64,000 nt of DNA, taken from a virus. A program made the position numbers and the translations under genes. Position 1 is the first letter of the stretch, and each line of letters starts with the position of its first letter. Below, piece by piece: positions 1 through 9,978 of the stretch. The stretch lies in the IMG/VR virus record IMGVR_UViG_3300033149_002817, positions 31,585-95,584 of that record; one strand, given 5' to 3'. A model generated the notes under the pieces. It ran no database searches and was not told where the DNA came from. It was given only the letters and a program-made list of their open reading frames with translations.

Positions 1-1151
1 TCTCGCAGGATCTCGTCAGCGTCCAGCCGATGGACGGACCTGTCGGGCTCATCTTCTACTTCGACCTGATCTACGGGTCCAACAAGGGCCGCATCCGCGC
101 CGGCACCCCCGTCTTCAGCTCGCTGACGGGACACCCCGGTGACGATTTCTACAGCTCGCCGCGGATCGAGGAGGAGGCCATTGCCACGGGCAACGGCGCC
201 ACCGCGAACTACACCGGCACGCTCGACTACACCCCGTGTGTCCCCGGAACGCTGCAGATCACTGACGGCGCGCTCAGTGCGCAGGACGACGGTCAGGGCA
301 ACCTGATCGGCGACATCGTCGCTGGCGGCGTGAACACCGTCAACTACAGCACGGGCGCCTTCGATGTCACCTTCTCGGCGAACATCGCGGCCAACAACCC
401 GATCGTCGCGAACTACGAGTACGACAACGAAGCGAACAGCCAGGTTCCCGAGATCGACTTCCAGCTGACGTCGGCCCCGGTCGTCGCCAAGATTTTCAAG
501 CTCCGCACCCGCTACAGCCTGGAGGCTGCTCAGAACCTCCGCGCGCTGCACGGGCTCTCCGCGGAGACCGAGCTGGTCGTCGCGCTCGCGCAGGATCTCC
601 GCTTCGAGATCGACCGTACCATCATCAAGGAAGTCAACCAGTTCGCGCAGGCCACCTCGGTCAGCTGGCCCCTCACCCCGTCGGCGGGCGTGTCGTGGAC
701 GGAGCACAAGCTCAGCTTCGTCGACAAGCTCATCGAGGGCTCGAACAACGTGTTCGAGCTGACGCGGCGCGGCAACCCGAACTGGTGCGTGGTCGGGCTC
801 AAGGTCTCCAACGTCATCGAGAGCCTCCCCGGCTTCAAGCCCTCGGGCGCGATGTCGAACCCGGTCGGCGTCATCTACGCGGGTGACCTCAACGGCCGGT
901 GGAGGATCTACAAGGATCCGTACAACATCGACGGCACCGCGACGCAGCGCAACTTCCTCATCGGCTACAAGGGCTCGACGTTCCTGGAGGCCGGCTTCGT
1001 GTACGCGCCCTACATCCCGTTCTACACGACGCCGACCGTCATCCTCGACGACTTCCTCGCGAGGAAGGGCATGGCGACGCAGTGGGCGCGCCGGAAGGTC
1101 AACGGGCGCTTCTACTGCCGCGGCACCGTCTCCGGCAACTTCGCCCCGTAG
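1..1151 (+). CDS. Major capsid protein, T4 gp23-like (5' partial)
   Basis: Frame open from nt 3 (SQDLVSVQPMDGPVGLIFY); gp23-type motifs VQPMxGPxGLIF, EAAQNLRALHGL, EIDR, GYKG..EAGFVYAPYIP. Confidence 0.92.
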   Translation, partial: SQDLVSVQPMDGPVGLIFYFDLIYGSNKGRIRAGTPVFSSLTGHPGDDFYSSPRIEEEAIATGNGATANYTGTLDYTPCVPGTLQITDGALSAQDDGQGNLIGDIVAGGVNTVNYSTGAFDVTFSANIAANNPIVANYEYDNEANSQVPEIDFQLTSAPVVAKIFKLRTRYSLEAAQNLRALHGLSAETELVVALAQDLRFEIDRTIIKEVNQFAQATSVSWPLTPSAGVSWTEHKLSFVDKLIEGSNNVFELTRRGNPNWCVVGLKVSNVIESLPGFKPSGAMSNPVGVIYAGDLNGRWRIYKDPYNIDGTATQRNFLIGYKGSTFLEAGFVYAPYIPFYTTPTVILDDFLARKGMATQWARRKVNGRFYCRGTVSGNFAP

Positions 1152-1198
1152 TTCGGGGATCGTAGCCCGACGAGAGGTTGGGCACGCTATGCCGATTG

Positions 1199-1238
1199 AA
1201 GCCCTCCCGCCCTCTCTCGGAGGGTCGGAGGGCTTTTC
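1199..1238 (+). terminator. Rho-independent terminator after capsid gene
   Basis: aagccctcc...ggagggctt stem with inner ccctc/gaggg, ending in T run. Confidence 0.75.
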
Positions 1239-1253
1239 AGTAGGGGACAGACA

Positions 1254-2408
1254 ATGGCGCGTATACGCCGCGCAGACATTGAAGCGCTGCTTAGCAAACC
1301 GTCGCCGAAGGCAGCGGTTTGGGGCTTTCAAGCGAACGCACTTGGGCAAGGGCTCGACTCAGCGCTCGCCGGAAACCATAGCAAACGTCAGAGATGGGTG
1401 CGGGGTCTTCTGAAGACTTCATCTGCGGACACCTTCACGACCCGGCAGCAGTCCGTATGGTACCGCGGCATACCGCGTAAAACCCACAGGGTAGTGATTA
1501 TCTCCGAGCTGAACGGCGCAGACGTCTACCACTACTTTCCGAAGGGCGGAGAGCACGGACCGATTGCTAAGCTCTGGAAGTCCTACGGCGAGGGCACAAC
1601 GCCTCCGCTTAAGAAGGGGAAGAAGCACGCGAGGACGAACTCACGTCCGACGATGGAAGCGACAATGAGCGAGCGGCGTAGCGCGAAGGAGCTTCTCGGC
1701 GCGACGCACGCTATGACGGGCATTTCGTGGTACCACAAGGAAACCGACAAGAAGCTTGCGCATCTATCCTACGCGACGCTCAAGCTCACGGTCATGCCAC
1801 GCGTGTCCAAGGCGTTCGAGAAACTCATCCGCGCCGACGCGACGCAGTACAAGAAGGGTCAGGTTCACACGAACCCGAGCGGGCAGTCGACCACGTGGGG
1901 CCACGAGCTGAAGGAGGCGACACCCGATCGGCAGGTTCAACTCATAGAGACGCTCGTCTCTCACCTCGACGAAGCACGGATGAGTAAGTCCGAGTTCGCG
2001 AAGGAGTGCCGGCGTCGTCGGGACCACGGGCTCGTGCTGTCGGGCAACACGTACCCCATCAAGGAAAAGATCAAGGCGCAGGGTGGTATCTGGGATTCTC
2101 GTCTGCGGGCGTGGTTGGTTCCGGACGTCACCGTGATGAACAAGCTCGACAGCTTGATGTCTGGCTCGTCTCGCAGCTCGTCCCGTACTTCTTCGTGGGA
2201 TGCCAGCGACGCCGCTGCTACCAGTGTCGCCGCTGGCAGCGGTGCATCTCGCAGCACGATAAAAACTCGTGCTGGAGGTTGCGCAGAATGCGGGGCAAGC
2301 CTTCAAGGTCGCGGTCGCAGCACGTTACGTCACGACTCGTCCGGCCTCCCGGGCTACGTGTGCAGGCGCTGCTCGTCAACTTCAAGCTACGAACTGAGCT
2401 TTGCATAG
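1254..2408 (+). CDS. Basic protein, probable head-internal; GNTYPxK..G..W module and C-terminal Zn finger
   Basis: GGGGA SD; GNTYPIKEKIKAQGGIWD; CAEC...CRRC; PDRQVQL motif shared with next gene. Confidence 0.6.
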   Translation: MARIRRADIEALLSKPSPKAAVWGFQANALGQGLDSALAGNHSKRQRWVRGLLKTSSADTFTTRQQSVWYRGIPRKTHRVVIISELNGADVYHYFPKGGEHGPIAKLWKSYGEGTTPPLKKGKKHARTNSRPTMEATMSERRSAKELLGATHAMTGISWYHKETDKKLAHLSYATLKLTVMPRVSKAFEKLIRADATQYKKGQVHTNPSGQSTTWGHELKEATPDRQVQLIETLVSHLDEARMSKSEFAKECRRRRDHGLVLSGNTYPIKEKIKAQGGIWDSRLRAWLVPDVTVMNKLDSLMSGSSRSSSRTSSWDASDAAATSVAAGSGASRSTIKTRAGGCAECGASLQGRGRSTLRHDSSGLPGYVCRRCSSTSSYELSFA

Positions 2409-2414
2409 GAGCTT

Positions 2415-2708
2415 GTGATGAGCGTCGCCAAAGACTACGAAATGTACCTTCAGGGTAAGGATGGCGACCGTCCGATGAAGGAGTCAACATCCGTGGAGAG
2501 CGCGCCCGACCGGCAGGTTCAGCTCGCAGAAGCACTCGTCGAGCATTTCACGCATTTCGACGAGGCGCGCAAGCCGAAGCCGAAGAAGAAGAAGCCGTTC
2601 GCGAAGTGCATGGAGTGCGGTCGCGGCTTTGCGTCTGTGCGGGCGGCGGAGCGGGCGATGTCTGTAGGTTGTCCGGGCTGCGGTGGGTCTGACATCGACA
2701 TGGCGTAG
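2415..2708 (+). CDS. Small Zn-ribbon protein with PDRQVQL leader
   Basis: AGGAG SD; CMEC...CPGC; Lys-rich linker. Confidence 0.7.
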   Translation: MMSVAKDYEMYLQGKDGDRPMKESTSVESAPDRQVQLAEALVEHFTHFDEARKPKPKKKKPFAKCMECGRGFASVRAAERAMSVGCPGCGGSDIDMA

Positions 2709-2717
2709 GAGAACACG

Positions 2718-3062
2718 ATGGATCGGCAGAGTCGTCTTGCATCTTACCTCCGCGAGTCGCGGCAGCCGCAGCAGCCGGTCGAGGAGGCGAAAGATCCGAA
2801 CGACGTCGCCGTTCGGATGCTGCAGAACCCGAAGAGGCCGCTCGATCTGATCCGAAAGCGGCTGTCCGCGCTGGAGAAGGCGTTCAAGGCTCGGGCGCAG
2901 GAGTTGGAGGGGCTCAAGAAGCTCGGGTCGGCCAACATCTCAGCTCCTGACCTTTTGGGCCGTATCGAAGCGGAGGAGCTGTACGACCTGGGCGTTGCGG
3001 TGAAGGACATGGAGTACGGCGTGTCGCAAGTGCTCAGCGCTGCGCGGCGCAGTAGAGGATAG
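2718..3062 (+). CDS. Hypothetical helical protein
   Basis: AGGAG SD; coiled-coil-like; begins MDRQ. Confidence 0.65.
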   Translation: MDRQSRLASYLRESRQPQQPVEEAKDPNDVAVRMLQNPKRPLDLIRKRLSALEKAFKARAQELEGLKKLGSANISAPDLLGRIEAEELYDLGVAVKDMEYGVSQVLSAARRSRG

Positions 3063-3078
3063 GGGGAGTCCTCTCCCC

Positions 3079-3126
3079 GGGTGGCTCTCCCGCCTGCCCT
3101 TGTCACGGGGAGAGCCACCCACCTTT
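3079..3126 (+). terminator. Stem-loop, probable terminator
   Basis: 12-bp inverted repeat gggtggctctcc (3079-3090) / ggagagccaccc (3109-3120). Confidence 0.55.
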
Positions 3127-3142
3127 CACGGAGGAGCGAGCG

Positions 3143-3511
3143 ATGTCAGGGATCACGCCGGATAAGCCTGTGGCGCGGCCGACGAGCGGGCTTGCGCAGC
3201 GCGTCACTGAGCTGGAGGAGCAGGTCGAGAAGCTGCAGTCTGACGTTGCTCGGCTCGCGAATGCAACCGCGCAGCAGCAGGCGAACATCATCGACCTCGA
3301 CACGCGCGTTGAGAAGCTGGAGGGTGCCCCTCCGACACCGATCCCGCCCATCGAGCTGCCGGGCATGGTGAAGTGCGACCACAAACCCTTCAGCTACCCG
3401 GACGGGCAGCCTTATGTCGTACCCGCTCCGTTGGCAGGAACGCGAGCAGCACCGGTGTCGCACCTCTACATGTGCTCCATGTGTGGGGTACTCTACGGGG
3501 GGAATGCGTGA
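3143..3511 (+). CDS. Coiled-coil protein with C-terminal Cys/His cluster
   Basis: GGAGGAG SD; heptad repeats; CDH...CSMC. Confidence 0.65.
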   Translation: MSGITPDKPVARPTSGLAQRVTELEEQVEKLQSDVARLANATAQQQANIIDLDTRVEKLEGAPPTPIPPIELPGMVKCDHKPFSYPDGQPYVVPAPLAGTRAAPVSHLYMCSMCGVLYGGNA

Positions 3512-3774
3512 TGCCGTTCGTCCCGGTCGAGAGGCTCGTGGAGAAGAAGGCGAGCTATCGCGCGGTCGTTCGCGGACGCGGGGATGGGTTGCAGTCCGCG
3601 GACGTGTTCAAGGGTGACGTCATTCACGACGGTACGCACGGCTCGCAGGGGGCCGTGCAGGCATGGCTGCTGCGCCACTACCCGAGCGTTGACGTCGAGG
3701 ATCACTCTCGCTTCGCGTCGCCCGAGGTTGACGACGATGACGACGGGGAGATGGTCGAGGAGGGATTGGCGTAG
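3511..3774 (+). CDS. Hypothetical protein (MPFVPVERLVE...)
   Basis: ATG overlaps the previous TGA; acidic tail. Confidence 0.55.
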   Translation: MPFVPVERLVEKKASYRAVVRGRGDGLQSADVFKGDVIHDGTHGSQGAVQAWLLRHYPSVDVEDHSRFASPEVDDDDDGEMVEEGLA

Positions 3775-3876
3775 ACCCGGATACGATTGAGCGTTATCTT
3801 CAACCAGGACTTGTGACTGTCGAGTAGCAACGTGCGGCCCGTTGGCAGGCAACCGCACACACTCTGAGGAGAGGAC

Positions 3877-4419
3877 ATGGACCAGAAGGAAATCACGCCG
3901 GACCAGGAGACGGACCTGTTCTACTACTGGAACCCGCACACGAACAACATCGACCTCACGCTGCCGCAGCCGATCGGTACCGTTCGCGTCGGGCCGCGCG
4001 GTAGCGGGCATGAGTTCATCCCGACGCCGCACCACAAGGAAGACGGCGTCACGGCGAAGATGCTGCGGGACTTCGAGGGGCCGTCATTCCTCTCGCCGAC
4101 TCCGCCCGAAGTCCGGAGGTCGCTTCTTGAGAAGGCAGGCAAGGGGGTGCCTTCGTGGATGGCTGATCGTACGCGACATCTTCCTCAGTTTCAGGTTGAT
4201 GCTGGCGTGCTGGCGCAAGCGGCGACAGCTGCAGCGGGCGCGCCTCTCACGCCTCGCGCGGGAAGCCTCGACGGCGCAACGCGTGCATCGGTGGATGGAA
4301 GCGCGAAGGTCGGAGCGGTAAAGGGCACGGAAGGACCGAGTTCAGGCCAGTCGATGGCGGAGTCGCTGCAGGTCATCGCTGACGCGCGGTGTAGCGGACG
4401 GTCCGTCAAGAAGGGCTAA
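3877..4419 (+). CDS. Hypothetical head-region protein
   Basis: GAGGAGAGG SD; normal codon bias. Confidence 0.7.
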   Translation: MDQKEITPDQETDLFYYWNPHTNNIDLTLPQPIGTVRVGPRGSGHEFIPTPHHKEDGVTAKMLRDFEGPSFLSPTPPEVRRSLLEKAGKGVPSWMADRTRHLPQFQVDAGVLAQAATAAAGAPLTPRAGSLDGATRASVDGSAKVGAVKGTEGPSSGQSMAESLQVIADARCSGRSVKKG

Positions 4420-4434
4420 CCGCGGGGGAACCTC

Positions 4435-5232
4435 ATGTCAGGCGAGAACGTCAACCGGCATGCCTCCAACTACCGGCGGAACGAGAGCGAAGGCGTTCGT
4501 CGGCGGGGACTGACCGAGGACGAGGTTTACGCGTACGTTCTCACCGCTATGGGGTTCCCCAACGTCGATGTCGAGACCTCACGTGAGCAGCTTCGTATCT
4601 TCTGGCAGAAGACGCTTGATGTCTACAACACGTACCTCCCGCACCAGAAACGCGGCGTCCTGGATATCCAAGCGCAAGCGCACGAGTACGACTTTGAACA
4701 GCTGAACAAGGCGTATGGGCGCGGTGTCGTTGACGTGCGGCTCGCCCCGCGACGTGACTTCTTCTCGCCCATCTCCGGCGTCTTCGCGCTCGGCATCCCG
4801 CATCCGATCTCACCGCTCAGCCCAGACCAGTACGACCTTGCGTTGCGGTACATCGACATGGCGAAGCGGGTCTACAGCGCGGGCTTTGACTGGGAGTGGC
4901 ATGAGCCCGTGCTGTGGGTCTTCGCTCCGCCCGGCTACGGAGGACCATACATCGCAGCGTACACGTACTTTGTCGAGGCGACAGAGGCGAACGACATCCC
5001 GAGTCATGACATCCGCTGGATCAAGGACTACATGCTCAACATCGTGCGCATTGCTGTTGGTGAAGCGCGAGGTAAGTTCGGCATCGTTCCCGGTCCGTCG
5101 CAGGCGAACCTCAACGGCTCTGAGCTGATTCAGCGGGGTGAGGCGCAGATCGAGAAGCTGGAAGAAGAGCTGCGGATGCGGTCGTTCGCTCTCACGCCGC
5201 CTCTCGGACCGGGTGCGAGGGCCAGCGGATGA
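4435..5232 (+). CDS. Neck protein, T4 gp13-like head-tail adaptor
   Basis: MGFPNVDVE N-terminal motif; GEARGKF...LNGSELIQRGEAQIEKLEEEL C-terminal motif; position. Confidence 0.8.
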   Translation: MSGENVNRHASNYRRNESEGVRRRGLTEDEVYAYVLTAMGFPNVDVETSREQLRIFWQKTLDVYNTYLPHQKRGVLDIQAQAHEYDFEQLNKAYGRGVVDVRLAPRRDFFSPISGVFALGIPHPISPLSPDQYDLALRYIDMAKRVYSAGFDWEWHEPVLWVFAPPGYGGPYIAAYTYFVEATEANDIPSHDIRWIKDYMLNIVRIAVGEARGKFGIVPGPSQANLNGSELIQRGEAQIEKLEEELRMRSFALTPPLGPGARASG

Positions 5233-5849
5233 CGGACGTCCACCAGGACATTCTCATCGAGTTCGAGGCGCGACGGGCGCGCGCAAACCCGCAGCTCTTC
5301 CAGGGCATGCGGGATCAAGACCGTCAGGACGCTTTCGTTAAGGAGTTCGTCCTGCGGCAGGGCGCTGCCGTCATCCTCGCGCCACGCGTGAACCGTTTGC
5401 ATCCCGAGGGCGAGAACATCTTCGCAGGTGTCGATCCGATCGACGTGGATCGCCTCGATATCGAGTACATAGACGGGATGCTGCAGGTCAACGTGCGGGC
5501 GCTCATCGAGCACGAGCCATCGCGGCAGCTGCTGACGAAGTACGGCGTTGAGGAGGAGCGCGACGTTGTCTTTTACGTCCCGTTCTCGGAGCTGAACCGG
5601 CTCGGGCTCGTCAACGACGACCGCTTCCGTGGGCTCATACTCGGCGACCTCTTCGAGTGGGATGGGACGTGGTACATCGTCCGCGAGGCACATCGCACGA
5701 GCTACCACGGGCTCACAGACCGCTATCACCTCACGGCGGGGTTCTGCACACGGTACTACCACACTGCAACACCTCGGGACTGCGATGGGGCGAACTCGGA
5801 TCTCGTACCGATGGCGCCGCCTCCGAGTCCGTCAACGAGCGGAGCGTAG
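5229..5849 (+). CDS. Neck/head-closure protein, T4 gp14-like
   Basis: Follows gp13-like gene; LTKYGV and GDLF motifs. Confidence 0.6.
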   Translation: MTDVHQDILIEFEARRARANPQLFQGMRDQDRQDAFVKEFVLRQGAAVILAPRVNRLHPEGENIFAGVDPIDVDRLDIEYIDGMLQVNVRALIEHEPSRQLLTKYGVEEERDVVFYVPFSELNRLGLVNDDRFRGLILGDLFEWDGTWYIVREAHRTSYHGLTDRYHLTAGFCTRYYHTATPRDCDGANSDLVPMAPPPSPSTSGA

Positions 5850-5850
5850 C

Positions 5851-6363
5851 ATGTCACTGCAGCACATGGAGATCGGCGGTCTCAGCTTTGAACGCTACGG
5901 GCAGGGCTTAGCAGCACGGAAGCCGATCCTGCACGGCGAAGTACACGGTCGGGGTCCGATAGAGGATCCCGTACCGCCGACGACGTCGCTGGAGGCGTTG
6001 AAGGAGGGCGCCGGCTCTGCGCTCTCCGCGTGGCGTGACATCGAGGCGTCATACGGCATCGTCGGGAGTCCCTTCCCGAACAAGGGCACGGGTACGCCGG
6101 ACCAGGTCGAGCCGATGATCAGGTCGGCCCCGGCTCCTGTCATGCAGACGGCGGAGAGCTATGTGCCGCCAGCTGCTGGGTTGCGGTACTCGGACGGCTC
6201 GCCGATGCAGGTGGGCGACGTGGTCGTGCTCGACGAGGTTCTCTACGAGGTGAAGGGTCGCGACTTCGCGGGTGGCATCATCGTCGAAGGGCCGGGCGTC
6301 GGTACGCGGACAGTCCCGATGGTAGCGTTGGGGCAGTGCCGGGTTCTCAAGCGGAAGGTTTAG
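5851..6363 (+). CDS. Hypothetical protein, C-terminal SH3-like barrel possible
   Basis: GGAG SD before ATG 5851; QVGDVV..YEVKG. Confidence 0.55.
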   Translation: MSLQHMEIGGLSFERYGQGLAARKPILHGEVHGRGPIEDPVPPTTSLEALKEGAGSALSAWRDIEASYGIVGSPFPNKGTGTPDQVEPMIRSAPAPVMQTAESYVPPAAGLRYSDGSPMQVGDVVVLDEVLYEVKGRDFAGGIIVEGPGVGTRTVPMVALGQCRVLKRKV

Positions 6364-7053
6364 GTGCAAATCAAGCCTGGCAAACGCTTTTGGCAGGCAC
6401 AGCACTTCATCGAGACACTCCCCGACGAGGTCGCGGAGATCGCGCGAGACGAAGTGTTGGGGGTCTCCGTGTCGATCGCGGCGGAGATCAAGAAGCGCAT
6501 CTCCCTGCAGCAGTATGCCCACCAGCCGCTGAGCCCGCGCTACCTCGCGTGGAAGAAGCGCCGGAAGCTCGACGAACGCATCCTCATCGCCACCGGGCAC
6601 TACATAAACGCCATCGGTATTCAGCCGGTCACGCGGCAGGTGCGGACATATAAGCCGGGCACCCCAGTCGGCATGCCGGAAGAGTTCAAGCGCGAAGCGT
6701 CGATGAGTAGTGCGAAGACGAAGGTCGTCGGCTACCGCGTAGGGCTCCCGGACAAGGTTCACCCGCCTTCGGGTCTTCGCTACCATGTCCTGGCGATGAT
6801 CCACGAGTACGGGTCTCCGCGGGCGCACATACCGGCACGACCTCACTGGTACCCGGCATGGCGGGACTTCCTTCGCGCCGACAAGCGGAAGACTGTTCGT
6901 AATGTGTTCGACCGTATAAAGAAGCGTCAATTGAAGCCGAAGCACAGGCTCTCACCGTCGGGTGGCGTCCCTGCGAGCGCAGTTAGGGCTCCGACGCCTC
7001 AGCCTTCAGCGGTGCGGCGGTTCTTCAAGCGCTTCCTCGGTCTCGGGGGATAG
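6364..7053 (+). CDS. Virion morphogenesis/tail-completion protein
   Basis: PLSPRYLAWK, LIATG, IHEYG...IPARP motifs. Confidence 0.75.
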   Translation: MQIKPGKRFWQAQHFIETLPDEVAEIARDEVLGVSVSIAAEIKKRISLQQYAHQPLSPRYLAWKKRRKLDERILIATGHYINAIGIQPVTRQVRTYKPGTPVGMPEEFKREASMSSAKTKVVGYRVGLPDKVHPPSGLRYHVLAMIHEYGSPRAHIPARPHWYPAWRDFLRADKRKTVRNVFDRIKKRQLKPKHRLSPSGGVPASAVRAPTPQPSAVRRFFKRFLGLGG

Positions 7054-7054
7054 G

Positions 7055-8641
7055 ATGAAGCTCTCCGGCGATCTGGAACTGGACTACGGCTCGCTCAAGA
7101 ACGCCATCGTCGATCCTGTGTCGTCGTTGCCGGCGTTCGTTCCCGGGCAGGATGAAGGCCGTCTCATCTACGTCACGACGGGCGTCAACGTCGGGATATG
7201 GATCGGCGCGAACGACGGTACTGCATCCTACACGCGGATCATCATGGGCGCGGTCATCGGCACGTACAGCACCGTCCAGGTCATCAACAACGGGGTCACG
7301 TTCCAGGGCGTGCTCACACCAGCGGCGTCTGCACCTCAGCGGGGCTTCCTTGCGCGTGTCTCTCTGTCCGCCGCTGCGATTGGTGCGGGTAAGGTGGTAG
7401 TCGAGATCCATGAGGACGCAGGACGTTCCAGCCGCGTCTACAAGCGCGTCATCGACCTCGCCGACAACAGCCGCGACGACTATCCCGCGTACTACGAGTC
7501 CGACAGCGGAGCAGGCAACCTCTACATCTCCATCACGAACCTCACCGGGTTCTCCGACACTTTCACCGCCACGCTCAAGTCGATGGCGGTCATTCCCGTC
7601 ACACCGCCGGCACCTCCCGGCGCGGGCACGGGGATCAACGCGGGCGTCGCCGGAGACGGTGTTGCTTACGACGGCATCAACGTGCGGTTGGAGGTGGATC
7701 TGCTCTCGACCGGCGGCTTGCAGACGACAGGCGTGACGCCGGATGCAGAGCTGGGCATCAAGCTCGCCCCCAGCTCGGGGCTTGCAGTCGGTGGTACGGG
7801 CCTCGACGCCACCGGGTGCGTGAAGACGACGACGGCCCAGAGCATTGCGGGCATCAAGCGCTTCACGGGCTACGCCATCGCCATTGACCCGGCAGCGGGG
7901 ACCGGCCCGCCGGCAGCCGGAACGTGGACGAAGGGGGCCATCTACCAGGACTCGGCGCAGAACTTCTGGCTCTGCTCCGTGGCAGGCACGCCGGGCACGT
8001 GGATTCCGTGGTCGTCTCGGAGCGACAAAGCAGGAGGCGGCGCGATCGGGACGTATACCGGCACGGTGACAGCGGGCAACTCCCTTGACGTCCCGTTGAC
8101 GACACCCTTCTCCCGGCGCGGTCGGATCGAGAAGCTCATCGTGTGGGCAGCAGCTCCCACCTTCACGGCGACGCCGATCGACTCACCCTTCCGTGTCGGG
8201 ATCTACCCGAACAGCAACTATGAGGGGCGCGAGCGCATTGGCTACTTCCAGGGTCAGGCTCGCACGGAATTGGTAGTCGCCCCCGGTGCCGCGATCAATG
8301 CGACTGTTATCCCCGTAGCGTCGGTGGACTTCATCAACCTCGACGATCTCGTCAGGCTTCGCGCGCTCGCGGGACCGACGGAGGAGTACGCTGCGGTGAC
8401 GGTGCGCGCGACTGGCCCGCCCACGATCGCCGTGGACGAGAACATCGACAACGCGCTCGCAGTGGACGACCTCGTGATGGCCGCGACGGAGTTCACGGGC
8501 TTGCCGTGGTGGAACGACGACACGACGCCCGCGAACTACTACAAGCTCTACCTGAGGCTCTTCAACGACGACCCCGCACAGGATCTCGTCTTCGGCTATG
8601 AGGTCTGGCTTGAGCAGTCCGGTGGAGGCCAGTCGGTCTAA
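7055..8641 (+). CDS. Fibre/appendage structural protein
   Basis: G/T/A/P-rich beta protein; QSIAGIKRF fibre motif; GTWTKG..W.C..AGTPGTW module. Confidence 0.65.
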   Translation: MKLSGDLELDYGSLKNAIVDPVSSLPAFVPGQDEGRLIYVTTGVNVGIWIGANDGTASYTRIIMGAVIGTYSTVQVINNGVTFQGVLTPAASAPQRGFLARVSLSAAAIGAGKVVVEIHEDAGRSSRVYKRVIDLADNSRDDYPAYYESDSGAGNLYISITNLTGFSDTFTATLKSMAVIPVTPPAPPGAGTGINAGVAGDGVAYDGINVRLEVDLLSTGGLQTTGVTPDAELGIKLAPSSGLAVGGTGLDATGCVKTTTAQSIAGIKRFTGYAIAIDPAAGTGPPAAGTWTKGAIYQDSAQNFWLCSVAGTPGTWIPWSSRSDKAGGGAIGTYTGTVTAGNSLDVPLTTPFSRRGRIEKLIVWAAAPTFTATPIDSPFRVGIYPNSNYEGRERIGYFQGQARTELVVAPGAAINATVIPVASVDFINLDDLVRLRALAGPTEEYAAVTVRATGPPTIAVDENIDNALAVDDLVMAATEFTGLPWWNDDTTPANYYKLYLRLFNDDPAQDLVFGYEVWLEQSGGGQSV

Positions 8642-9978
8642 TGCAAGGACCAGCACACGCTTGCGTCAATTTGCTCTCGCGGAACGCTCCGATCTGGACG
8701 AAGGGCGCAGTGCTGTACTGGGACATCAGGGGTGGTGCGAAGGCTTCAGTCCGAGGGGCGTCTGCATATAGCACTGTGCGGGTACAGTTGGGAAGCGGAG
8801 AGTACTGGACGTTCGACAGAGGTAAGGGGCAGTACGTTCAGATCACCGCTGCCTCCGGCTCGTTTCCGCTTGACGGGCACTTCGCGGAAGCACGAGCCAA
8901 CTACTTCAATGACACGACGAACGTCATGCGTGGCCCATTTTCGGTAGAAGCCGGGGCGGTTGGCTCGAATCCCGTGCTCGACGCCACCTACATCGTGGAC
9001 ATCTCGACCATTCCGATGGCGAACGGCTTCCGTGTTACAAACATGACCGGATCGCTGCGCCGCTTCTACCGCTTGGAGTCGACCTCGGGCACTTACCGCC
9101 GCTACTTCTCCCTCCTGGCGAAGCGGACAGATGGCGGGGTCATTGATGGAACGGTGCTGTCTCTCTACACAGCGTCGTCAGCTGATCCGCTCGGCTCGAA
9201 CCTCATGGAGGCTGCGACAAGGTACAAGAAGATTCGTAGCGACGGGTGGTACCAGCTGTGGGCGGTGCATCCCATCGACGGCGCGAGCGTCTACTTCGGT
9301 GGGCTTCTGACCAGTGGCTTCCCGGTCGACATCGAAGCGCCGATGACCGAGGGGGTTGGGTCGAGTCTTGGCGCTCCGGGGCAGTTCACGGAAAGCCCCG
9401 CTGGTGCGCCCACGCCGCCACTGAGCTACATCGAGATGGCGCGGACGAGCGGAATTGCAGAGCCTTACCCCGCGTGCGGATGGTTCGGTGCGGCCTTCAC
9501 GAACCGTTGGGCACACGACGAGCCTCACGATCAACCCGGGCCACGTTGGAAGACTGCTTACATCGCGAACTGGCAAGTAGACGGGAGCAACAAGGTCTCC
9601 ATCTACATGAGCCAGACGTCACAGGTGTGGGTTGGCTGGATGAGGAAGGCGGGCACGTCAGAGTTGTTCCTGACCGGTCCTGCAACGTGGGCAGAGAACG
9701 AAGCGATGGGGATTGTGATGACGTGGGGCTCGCGCAAGGGCTCGCAGTACGGTGTGCTCGCGGTAAACGGGAAGCAGTACGACGTCGAGACCTTGTTCTC
9801 ACTTCCGACCGGTACTCCGAACTTCATCGAGGTCGGGGACATCGGGGGTCTTGGGTACGCGCAGTCGGCGAACTGCCACGTTGAGGCGATGGCGGTCGGA
9901 CGGCAGGCGCTCACGCGCCTCGACGCGCGTCATCTCTCCCTGTGGTTCAAGGATCAGGCAGTGGGGGTCATCCGGTGA
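8641..9978 (+). CDS. Virion protein with probable LamG/concanavalin-like C-terminal domain
   Basis: IVMTWG...LAVNG pattern; start overlaps previous stop. Confidence 0.55.
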   Translation: MQGPAHACVNLLSRNAPIWTKGAVLYWDIRGGAKASVRGASAYSTVRVQLGSGEYWTFDRGKGQYVQITAASGSFPLDGHFAEARANYFNDTTNVMRGPFSVEAGAVGSNPVLDATYIVDISTIPMANGFRVTNMTGSLRRFYRLESTSGTYRRYFSLLAKRTDGGVIDGTVLSLYTASSADPLGSNLMEAATRYKKIRSDGWYQLWAVHPIDGASVYFGGLLTSGFPVDIEAPMTEGVGSSLGAPGQFTESPAGAPTPPLSYIEMARTSGIAEPYPACGWFGAAFTNRWAHDEPHDQPGPRWKTAYIANWQVDGSNKVSIYMSQTSQVWVGWMRKAGTSELFLTGPATWAENEAMGIVMTWGSRKGSQYGVLAVNGKQYDVETLFSLPTGTPNFIEVGDIGGLGYAQSANCHVEAMAVGRQALTRLDARHLSLWFKDQAVGVIR

